Part shown: positions 38,469 to 46,146 of the stretch, piece after piece
Layout: every line of letters begins with the position of its first letter
Numbering within the stretch: position 1 is the stretch's first letter
NCBI GenBank assembly: GCA_027021705.1
Contig: JALUTT010000145.1
Location: 77,213 to 141,212 of the forward strand
Reading direction: 5' to 3'
From: Anaerolineae bacterium
GTDB taxonomy: Bacteria > Chloroflexota > Anaerolineae > S140-20
DNA length: 64,000 nucleotides
Notes under the pieces: model-generated
Database searches by the model: none
What the model was told of the DNA's origin: nothing
What the model saw: the letters and a program-made list of their open reading frames with translations, nothing else
Translations under genes and position numbers: made by a program

Positions 38469-38523
38469 TGGGGCCGGGGTCCGGGGCACGGTGGGGCTCG
38501 GAAGGACGTCGCGTTTCAACGGT

Positions 38524-39225
38524 TCAACGGTCGGGAGGCAGCCCTTCCCGGCGGGAGGGTGGGCCGGCCGTTGCCTCGGCCCCCTGGGCCGGGCTGCGCA
38601 AGCGGTAGCCGACCCCCCGCACCGTCTCCAGGTAGTGAGGCCGTCGGGGGTCCTCTCCCAGCTTGCGGCGCAGCCGCTTAACGCAGGTGCGCACCGGGTC
38701 GTGGTTCTGGAAGCCGGGGGGGTATCCCCAGACCCTCTCCAACAGTTCCCGGTAGCTCACCACCTCGCCTTGACGGCGGGCCAGGTAGGCCAGGAGGTCG
38801 TACTCGCGTTGGGAGAGGGGGAGGGGCTGGCCGTCGAGGGAGACGGAACGGGCATCCAGGTCAATGAGGAGCCCTCCGACGCGGACGAGGGGAGGGTGTT
38901 GGAGGAGGCGGCGCAGGCGGCGCACCAGGTGGGAGAGGTCGAAGGGGGCGGTGAGGGTTTCGCCGTGGGCCTCGCCGAAGGAGGGGGTGATGAGCAGGAT
39001 GGGGCCCCGGTAAGCGTTGGTCAGGGCCTGCCAGTGGTGCCAGGAGAAGTCGGGGGCCATCACGTCGAGGATGATGAGAGAGGTGGAGGGCTCTAGGTGG
39101 GTGAGCAAGGAGGAAAAGCGGCGCAGGGGGAGAGGGGAGAACCCCTCGGCGGTCAGACGGGCAGCGAGGCCGCCGGTGAGGGGCCCTTCAAGGATGAGGA
39201 TGGGGGAAGGCGAAATCCCGGACAT
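38524..39225 (-). CDS. OmpR/PhoB-family winged-helix regulator with a degenerate receiver domain
   Basis: LSQREYDLL, V..CVKRLRRKL, YLETVRGVGY; receiver keeps IILDVM but lacks the DD pocket and the KPF lysine. Confidence 0.85.
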   Translation of the reverse strand: MSGISPSPILILEGPLTGGLAARLTAEGFSPLPLRRFSSLLTHLEPSTSLIILDVMAPDFSWHHWQALTNAYRGPILLITPSFGEAHGETLTAPFDLSHLVRRLRRLLQHPPLVRVGGLLIDLDARSVSLDGQPLPLSQREYDLLAYLARRQGEVVSYRELLERVWGYPPGFQNHDPVRTCVKRLRRKLGEDPRRPHYLETVRGVGYRLRSPAQGAEATAGPPSRREGLPPDR

Positions 39226-39255
39226 AACTGGAAGGCGTGGCTATACTATCTGTGG

Positions 39256-40509
39256 TCAACGGCGTGGCGGTGAGGGAGCCTGGTGGTCTTGGTGAGCCGC
39301 CTCGGCGTCAATGGCCTGGAGCATCGCCCACAGGAAGGCGTGGACGCGGGCCAGGGCCTCCGGCTCAATCCCCTCCAACCGGTCGTCGGACCGGTGACGA
39401 TGGGCAATCCGATCCACCTGGTTCGGGAAGAGGCTGAGCACCAGCCCCTTTCCCCCCCACCGGGCGACGACCCCCATCTCGGTGCAGTACCCTTCGCTGC
39501 GGTGGGGCTCCGCCGCCACGTCGGGACGGAGCAGGCCGGCCCGTTCGGCCATCGTCAGCGCTTCAGGTGGGTAGTGGATGTAGCCGAGCACCCCCTCCCC
39601 GGTCAGGTAGATCAGCCGTTCCCCCCGCCCTACCCCCTCCAGGACGATGAAGAGGGTATCCTGGAGCGCCTTTCCCCACCGCTCCTCCAGAAAGGCTCGC
39701 ATCCCGCTTCCCCCGGTCTCGCCACAGCCGGTGAAGAGGGTCCAGACCTCCGTGTAAACAAAGGGCTCGTTCACCAGCCGTTCGGCCAGGGCCAGGAGCG
39801 TGCCCACCGCCGAGGCGTTGTCGTTGGCCCCGGGGCTGTAAGGGGTGTGGTCGGCGTGGAGGGTCAGGATGAGCGTGATGGCCTGCAGGAGCCCCATCCC
39901 CATCGCCAGCCAGTAGGGCCAGGGGAGGTGGGTCACCGCCCCGATGAGGAAGAGGGATCCGTTGGAGAGCACGCTGACGAAGGTGAGGGGCATCAGGATG
40001 GCAAAGGCCTCTTCCCGCCAGCGGGTTCGCTGGAAGATGGGGGTGCGGGCGGTGTCCAGGTGGCCGACCAGGACGACCCGTCGGAGGGGTCGGGAGCCCT
40101 TCTCCTGGGTTGTGGCGGCGGGGATGGCGGCGAAGACGTTCTGGCTCGGCCGTCGGCCCAGCCAGCGTCGCAGCGGATGGAAGCGCAGGCTGGTCTCCCC
40201 GTAGAAGATCCAGGCGCTGCTCAGGGTGAGGAGCGCTCCTATCAACCCACCCCACAGCGGCAGTGCCAAGGCGATCAGCAGCCCCCAGAGGGCGAGGGAG
40301 CAGGCGACGGCGAGGGGCCGCCAGCCGGACCAGACCCCTCGAAAGGGCTGGCGGTGCACCGATGGAAGGCCCAAGCGGGCGAGCCTCTCCTGGACATAAG
40401 CGGCTGCCTGCGCTTCCTGGGGGGTTGTCGCGCCCCGGGGGCCAACCTCCTCGACCAGGAATCGAATGTGTTCCAATGCCCGCTGGGCCCATACCTCGTC
40501 GTCAGCCAC
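39256..40509 (-). CDS. Membrane M28-family metallopeptidase-like protein
   Basis: GPRGATT..E, SQNV, GHLDT, GANDNASA, TGCGE, HR.DD. Confidence 0.8.
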   Translation of the reverse strand: MADDEVWAQRALEHIRFLVEEVGPRGATTPQEAQAAAYVQERLARLGLPSVHRQPFRGVWSGWRPLAVACSLALWGLLIALALPLWGGLIGALLTLSSAWIFYGETSLRFHPLRRWLGRRPSQNVFAAIPAATTQEKGSRPLRRVVLVGHLDTARTPIFQRTRWREEAFAILMPLTFVSVLSNGSLFLIGAVTHLPWPYWLAMGMGLLQAITLILTLHADHTPYSPGANDNASAVGTLLALAERLVNEPFVYTEVWTLFTGCGETGGSGMRAFLEERWGKALQDTLFIVLEGVGRGERLIYLTGEGVLGYIHYPPEALTMAERAGLLRPDVAAEPHRSEGYCTEMGVVARWGGKGLVLSLFPNQVDRIAHRHRSDDRLEGIEPEALARVHAFLWAMLQAIDAEAAHQDHQAPSPPRR

Positions 40510-40518
40510 CCCTGGCTC

Positions 40519-42102
40519 CTATAGCGTGATCTGGCGGACGGTTCGCACCTGAGGCAGGGCCTCGATGGCGGCCAGGACGGCGTCGGGAGCGGCCTCGTCC
40601 AGGGTGATCACGGAGAAGGCTTCGCCACCGGGAGCCGTCCGGCCCGTCCGCCACTCGGCGATGTTGATCTGGTGATCTCCCAGAATGGTGCCCACCCGTC
40701 CGATGACGCCGGGGATGTCCCGGCTCTGCATCACCAGCAGCGTGCCCTCGGGGCAGAAGTCGAGCCGATAGGGGCCGACCTGGACGATGTGGGGCTCGTG
40801 GCGGCTGAAGAGGGTGCCGGCGATCTGCTGTTCCCCCTCGCTCCCGACGGCGTGGCAGGCGATCAGGTTGGGGTAGTCGGGGGTCTCCAGACCCCGCGTC
40901 TGGGAGAGGGCGATCCCCCGCTCCGTCGCCAGCAAGGGGGCGTTGATGTAGTTGACCACCTCGCCCAGGAAAGGGCTGAGCAGCCCTTTGAGCAGGGCGA
41001 TGGTCAGCGGCTTGACCTGCTCGGCGATCTCCTCCCCCTTGACCTCGACCTCGATCCGGCGGATGCGGCCCGGGGCCAGCAGGGCCAGGAGGCGTCCCAT
41101 CTTCTCGGCCAGCTCCAGGTAGGGGCGGAGCCGGGCGAAGCCGGGGCCGGCGACGAAGGGCAGGTTGACGGCGTTGCGGTAGTCCTCACCCCGCAGGGCC
41201 TTCAGCACCTGGTCGGCGATCTGGGTAGAGACGTCCCGCTGGGCCTCGACGGTGCTGGCCCCCAGGTGGGGGGTGTGGACGACGTTGGGCAGGCCGATGA
41301 GGGGGTTGTTGATGGGCGGTTCCACGCTGTAGACGTCCAGGGCAGCCCCGGCCACGTGACCGCTCCGGAGGGCTTCGTAGAGGGCCGTCTCGTCAATGAT
41401 GCCGCCTCGGGCGCAGTTGACCAGCCGGACGCCGGGCTTCATCATCGCGATCTCCTCCCGCCCGATCATCCCTCGCGTCTCCGGCGTCAACGTGGTGTGG
41501 ACGGTGATGATGTCGGCGGTCTGGAGGAGTTCCTCCAGCGTCACCACCCGCACTTTCATATCGAGGGCCACCTCTTCGCTGATGTAGGGGTCGTAGGCGA
41601 CGACCTCCATCCCGAAGGCCTGAGCCCGCGCCGCCACCTGGCGTCCGATCCGACCGAAGCCGATGATGCCCAGCCGTTTGTGGTAGAGCTGGATGCCGAG
41701 AAAGCGCTGGCGATCCCATTCCCCTCGGGCCAGGGAGGCGTGAGCCTGGGGTAGGTGGCGACAGAGGGCCAGGATGAGGGCCATCGTCTGCTCGGCCGTG
41801 GCGATGACGTTGGCCTGGGGGGTGTTCATCACGAGGATACCCCGGGCCGTCGCCCGCTCCAGGTCCACGTTGTCCAGGCCGATGCCGGCCCGCCCGATGA
41901 CCTTAAGCCGCCGGGCCCGATCCAGCACCTCGGCGTCCACCCGGGTCCCGCTGCGGATGATGAGGGCGTCGTAGTCGCCGATGATTTCTAGCAGACGTTC
42001 CCGGCCTACCTTGCCTGGGGCGTCTACGTGGACGTCAGGAGCGGCCCGGAGCCGTTCCAGGCCGGCTGGGGAGAGCGGGTCGCTGACCAGAATGCGGAAC
42101 AT
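40519..42102 (-). CDS. serA: D-3-phosphoglycerate dehydrogenase (ASB and ACT domains)
   Basis: IGRAGIGLDNVD, GFGRIG, NCARGG, DVY..EP, TPHLGAST.EAQ, NYINA, D.PGVIG. Confidence 0.95.
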   Translation of the reverse strand: MFRILVSDPLSPAGLERLRAAPDVHVDAPGKVGRERLLEIIGDYDALIIRSGTRVDAEVLDRARRLKVIGRAGIGLDNVDLERATARGILVMNTPQANVIATAEQTMALILALCRHLPQAHASLARGEWDRQRFLGIQLYHKRLGIIGFGRIGRQVAARAQAFGMEVVAYDPYISEEVALDMKVRVVTLEELLQTADIITVHTTLTPETRGMIGREEIAMMKPGVRLVNCARGGIIDETALYEALRSGHVAGAALDVYSVEPPINNPLIGLPNVVHTPHLGASTVEAQRDVSTQIADQVLKALRGEDYRNAVNLPFVAGPGFARLRPYLELAEKMGRLLALLAPGRIRRIEVEVKGEEIAEQVKPLTIALLKGLLSPFLGEVVNYINAPLLATERGIALSQTRGLETPDYPNLIACHAVGSEGEQQIAGTLFSRHEPHIVQVGPYRLDFCPEGTLLVMQSRDIPGVIGRVGTILGDHQINIAEWRTGRTAPGGEAFSVITLDEAAPDAVLAAIEALPQVRTVRQITL

Positions 42103-42138
42103 ATCGCGCTCCACACCTCACGCTTTGTGTTTCACGTC

Positions 42139-43209
42139 TCACGCGATGAACGCATCTATGCGCTCCAGCAGGGCCTCGATCTCACCCTGGGTCACGTCGC
42201 CCATATGGGCGATGCGGAAGGTCTGGCCCTTGAGACGACCGTAGCCGTTGGAGATGAGCATCCCGTGGCGGCGCAGGAAGCGGTTGAGCGCCTCCACGTC
42301 TATCCCCCGGGTGTTGGTGATGGCGGTGACGGTGGGGCTCTCGTAGCCGGCCTCGGCGAAGAGGGCGAAGCGCTGGCGGGCCCACTCCTGCACCCGCCGG
42401 GCCAGGGCGGCGTGGCGGGCGAAGCGGGCTTCCAGCCCCTCGGCCAGGATGCGGTCGAGCTGTCGGTCGAGGGCGAAGAGGTGGGGGATGGCCGGGGTGG
42501 CCGGCGTCTGGTTGCGGGCCAGGTACTTCTCGAAGACGAGGAAGTCGAAGTAGTACCCCCGGTGGGCAACCTCTTTGGCCCGCGCCAGGGCCCGGTCGGA
42601 GACGGCGGCCAGGGCGATGCCGGCGGGCAGGGCCAGCGCCTTCTGGGAAGAGGTCAGGCAGACGTCAATGCCCCACCGGTCCACCTCGATGGGCGTCCCA
42701 CCCAGGGAGCTCACCGCGTCCACCAGCAACAGCGTCTCCGGGTAGTCGGCCACCACCTGGGCGATCTCCGGCAGGGGGTTCAGAAGGCCGGTGCTCGTCT
42801 CGTTGTGGACGAGGGCGACGGCGTCGAAGGGGCCGTCCCGGAGGGCTTCGGCGATCTGGTCCGGGCGGATGGCCTTCCCCCAGGGCGCTTCGACGACGAC
42901 GACCTCTTTGCCGTTGGCCCGGCTGACCTCGGCCCAGCGCTGGCCGAAGGCCCCGTTGACGGCGTGGAGGATGCGTCGGCCCTCCCGGACGCAGTTCCGG
43001 CTGGCGGCCTCCTGCAGGCCGGTGCCGGAGGAGGTGGAAACGTAGACGCGGTGCCGGGTGGCGAAGAGCTGGCGCAGGCGGGGCTGGAGTCGGGCGAAGA
43101 GGTCGGCAAATTCCGGCGTGCGGTGGCCGATCTGGGGCTGACTCAGCGCGGCCAGGACGTCGGGATGGACCTGGGTGGGGCCGGGGATGAAGAGTCGCGG
43201 CACGGCCAT
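42139..43209 (-). CDS. Class V PLP aminotransferase (AGT/serine-pyruvate type; probable phosphoserine aminotransferase)
   Basis: FIPGPT, GHR..EF, HNETSTG, VDAVSS, SSQKAL, FRIAHMG; start ATG 43209. Confidence 0.9.
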   Translation of the reverse strand: MAVPRLFIPGPTQVHPDVLAALSQPQIGHRTPEFADLFARLQPRLRQLFATRHRVYVSTSSGTGLQEAASRNCVREGRRILHAVNGAFGQRWAEVSRANGKEVVVVEAPWGKAIRPDQIAEALRDGPFDAVALVHNETSTGLLNPLPEIAQVVADYPETLLLVDAVSSLGGTPIEVDRWGIDVCLTSSQKALALPAGIALAAVSDRALARAKEVAHRGYYFDFLVFEKYLARNQTPATPAIPHLFALDRQLDRILAEGLEARFARHAALARRVQEWARQRFALFAEAGYESPTVTAITNTRGIDVEALNRFLRRHGMLISNGYGRLKGQTFRIAHMGDVTQGEIEALLERIDAFIA

Positions 43210-43242
43210 GCCTTCTCCTCTTGGGGCGGTAGTACCTTGGGG

Positions 43243-43364
43243 GTATCTATTCAGCCTACCCTCCCGCAGGTCACCGGTCGAGGGCGCTTTCAGCCCCGAT
43301 GAGCTATTTGAAGCACGGTTTCGCGTCGGAAACGCGCCTAACCTGCGGGAGGGTAAGCAGTTCT
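43243..43364 (+). repeat. 122-bp element, family A, copy 5
   Basis: GTATCTATTCAGCCT-ACCCTCCCGCAGGT...ACCTGCGGGAGGGT-AAGCAGTT. Confidence 0.95.
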
Positions 43365-43372
43365 TGGGGGAG

Positions 43373-43401
43373 ATTATACCTTGCCTGAGGGGGGACGTCA
43401 A
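43373..43401 (-). promoter_or_regulatory. Sigma70 promoter for the aminotransferase-serA operon
   Basis: TTGACG-17 bp-TATAAT. Confidence 0.8.
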
Positions 43402-43413
43402 ACCAAGAGGAAG

Positions 43414-43568
43414 CGGTGATTACCCACAAGTGAGCGAGAGAGTGGTCCGTAGCGGGCCGTCCACGAATTTCTCACCAATGCACGAATGAGGCGGTCCTTA
43501 ATTCGTGTATTCGTGCCCCCTTCGTGGACGGCTAGTCTCCCTATCTCCAAAGATATGGGTAATCACCG
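43414..43568 (+). repeat. Palindromic element, family B, copy 3 (both termini present)
   Basis: 13-bp terminal inverted repeat CGGTGATTACCCA/TGGGTAATCACCG enclosing GCCGTCCACGAA...TTCGTGGACGGC. Confidence 0.9.
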
Positions 43569-43635
43569 GAAGAGGAACAGGTCTCTCGGACTGGCTGGAA
43601 ACGGGAAACCCGTGTAAAATTACCCCTCGGTTCGT

Positions 43636-46146
43636 ATGGACCTACACCGGCCTCGGCCAACCATCGGAGCGATGACCTCTCTGCCATCCATCCGCAAGCG
43701 ATTCCCCCTCCTCGTCCTGTTGCTGCTGGGGGTCATCTTCGCCCAGACCAGCGGGAGTGCCGCCCGTACCTCTCTGACCATTGACGAAGGGCTGCACGTC
43801 ACCAGCGGCTACACGATGCTGCGCACAGGGGATTTCCGCCTCGTCGAGGAGCACCCGCCCCTGGTCAAGGAGCTGGTGGCCCTGCCTTTGCTGCTGGTGC
43901 CCGGCCTGCCCGACCCGACCACTCTGCCCGGCTGGGAGTCCGACGTGACCGTGCTTGACAGCGTGCGGCTGGTGCGGGCGGCCCAGGCGCTCATCTACCC
44001 CTACCGGCCCATAGACCGGCTGGTCTTCGCCGCCCGGCTGCCGGTGGCCCTGCTGACCGTGTTGTTGGGGGCCGTCGTCTTCCGCTGGGCCGCCGACCTG
44101 TGGGGCCGGCGCGGGGGGCTCCTGGCCCTCTTCCTGCTCGCCTTCGACCCCAACGTTCTGGCCCACGGGGCTGTGGCGGGCACCGATCTGGGGGCGGCCT
44201 TCTTCATCACCCTGGCCCTCTTCGCCCTGGCCCGTTTCCTGCGCCGGCCCACGACCCCGCGCCTGCTCCTGGCCGGCGTGACGCTGGGACTGGCCCAGGG
44301 GGCCAAGCTGTCGGGTCTCCTCCTGCTCCCCATCGTGCTCCTCCTGGGGGTGCTGGCCCTCCCCGGCCGGAGGCGGCTTGCTCTGCTGCTCCTCTTCCTC
44401 GTCGCCGGCCTGACCCTTTGGGCACTCTACGGCTTCGAGGTGGGGGCGGTCCCCGGCCTGCCCTTCCCCGTCCCGGCGGCCAGCCACCGCATCCCCTGGC
44501 TGCGCCTGCGTCAGCACGCCGCCGGAGGGCACGCCGCTTTCCTGATGGGGGAGGTGCGCTGGAGAGGGTGGTGGTACTACTTCCCCGTCGCCTTCGCCCT
44601 CAAGACCCCCCTGCCGACCCTGCTCCTGCTCGCCTACGGCCTGTTGCGCCTCGCGCGCCGCGCAACTTGCAACTTGCCCCTTGCCCCTTGCCCCTTGCGA
44701 CTTGCCCCTTGCCCCTTGCCCCTTGCCCCTTGCGACTTGCGACTCCTTGCCTCTCTCATCCTCTTCTCCGCCCTCTACGCCTTCCTGACCCTCTTCAGTC
44801 CTCTGAACATCGGCTACCGTCACCTGCTCCCCCTGCTTCCCCTGCTCCACATCCTCATCGCTGGGCTCGCCGCCGGCGGGCTGCCGACCGCTCACCGCGA
44901 GAGGTGGAGCGCGAAATCCATCCCACGCCTTGCCCTTTTCGCCCTCCTCGTCTGGTACGCCGTCGGCACGCTCCGCCTCGCCCCCCACTACCTGGCCTAC
45001 TTCAACGAACTGGCGGGAGGGCCCGATGGCGGCTGGCGGTACCTGGCCGACTCCAACACCGATTGGGGCCAGGGGTACAAAGACCTGGCCCGCTTCCAGC
45101 GGGAGCGGGGGCTGGGCAAGGTGCGCCTCTCGGCTTTCATCTTCTACGATCCGGCCATCTACGGCGTGGACTACGAGCCGCTGACGCCGATGGGAGGGGA
45201 TACGCCGCCCCTCTTCCCCTCCCGTTTCAACCCGCCGCCGGGCGACTACGTCATCAGCGCCACGACGCTGGACGGCATTCCTCTGGCCGACCCGGAGATG
45301 TACGACTGGTTCCGGCGGCGCGAGCCCGACGCCCGTATCGCCCACGTGCTCTTCTACTACCACGTGCCCGCCCCAGACCCCACCCCCACCTGGGCAGCCC
45401 AGTGCACCGTCCCGGTGACCCCGCTGACGCCGGAGGCGGCGGCCGAGGGCTTTGGCCGCTCCGACCTGCGGATGCCGGCCTTCGACTGCACCCAAAGCTG
45501 GCTCTACCCCGATGGAGGGCGCTCGGCCGGCTGGTACGTCCTCCCCCGGGAGCGGGTCCTGGAGGCCGATCCCTTCCTCCGCCAGCGCCTGGCCTCGGCC
45601 CGCCTCAGCTTCGAGCAGAAGGTGCCGAAGGCCATCCCCCCCTTCGCCATCTTCGCCTGGTCCCCCACGACGGTCGCCCTTCCGGCGGGGCCGGGGGACC
45701 TGCGGGCCGCCTCGGGCGAGGGGCCGACCGCTCAGGTGGCGGCCCAGGCCCCCCCTGTCGTCGCGCCGGTTCCCCTGGAAGGACCGCTCACCTTCCTGGG
45801 GTACGAAGTCGCCCAGGAGGACCGGGTGGTCACCCTGGTCACCTACTGGCAGGTGACCGGGCGTCCCGACCGCCCCTTCTCCCTGATGGCCCACCTGCTG
45901 GGGGCGGATGGGCGTCCGGTGGCCGTGGGGGATGGGCTGGGGATCGCCTGGGACCAGTTGCAGCCGGGGGACCTGCTGGTGGAACGCCATCGCCTCTCCC
46001 TGCCGCCCGAGGCACCGGCCGGCCCCTACCGGCTCCAGACGGGAGCCTACTGGTTGGGCACGATGGAGCGGTGGCCCGTCCTGTCGGAGGGGAAGCCCGT
46101 GGGAGACCGCCTCCTGCTCGCGACCGTGGAGGTTCCGCCGCGATGA
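43636..46146 (+). CDS. GT39/ArnT-like glycosyltransferase with C-terminal Ig-like domain
   Basis: LTIDEGLH, EHPPL, KTP, NIGYRHLLP, YLAYFNEL.GGP, DSNTDWGQ; start may be 43672. Confidence 0.85.
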   Translation: MDLHRPRPTIGAMTSLPSIRKRFPLLVLLLLGVIFAQTSGSAARTSLTIDEGLHVTSGYTMLRTGDFRLVEEHPPLVKELVALPLLLVPGLPDPTTLPGWESDVTVLDSVRLVRAAQALIYPYRPIDRLVFAARLPVALLTVLLGAVVFRWAADLWGRRGGLLALFLLAFDPNVLAHGAVAGTDLGAAFFITLALFALARFLRRPTTPRLLLAGVTLGLAQGAKLSGLLLLPIVLLLGVLALPGRRRLALLLLFLVAGLTLWALYGFEVGAVPGLPFPVPAASHRIPWLRLRQHAAGGHAAFLMGEVRWRGWWYYFPVAFALKTPLPTLLLLAYGLLRLARRATCNLPLAPCPLRLAPCPLPLAPCDLRLLASLILFSALYAFLTLFSPLNIGYRHLLPLLPLLHILIAGLAAGGLPTAHRERWSAKSIPRLALFALLVWYAVGTLRLAPHYLAYFNELAGGPDGGWRYLADSNTDWGQGYKDLARFQRERGLGKVRLSAFIFYDPAIYGVDYEPLTPMGGDTPPLFPSRFNPPPGDYVISATTLDGIPLADPEMYDWFRRREPDARIAHVLFYYHVPAPDPTPTWAAQCTVPVTPLTPEAAAEGFGRSDLRMPAFDCTQSWLYPDGGRSAGWYVLPRERVLEADPFLRQRLASARLSFEQKVPKAIPPFAIFAWSPTTVALPAGPGDLRAASGEGPTAQVAAQAPPVVAPVPLEGPLTFLGYEVAQEDRVVTLVTYWQVTGRPDRPFSLMAHLLGADGRPVAVGDGLGIAWDQLQPGDLLVERHRLSLPPEAPAGPYRLQTGAYWLGTMERWPVLSEGKPVGDRLLLATVEVPPR
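44666..44742 (+). repeat. In-frame heptamer tandem repeat (CTTGCNN)x11
   Basis: Units CTTGCAA, CTTGCCC and CTTGCGA counted directly. Confidence 0.95.

Noticed and set aside
44100..46142. Very long ORF-track entries (1481 aa at 44100, 1069 aa ending 34866, 954 aa at 13253, 920 aa at 51559, 718 aa at 10170)
   Set aside because: Their N-terminal parts are Arg/Pro/Gly-rich off-frame read-through of the upstream gene in high-GC DNA; the true starts are downstream.
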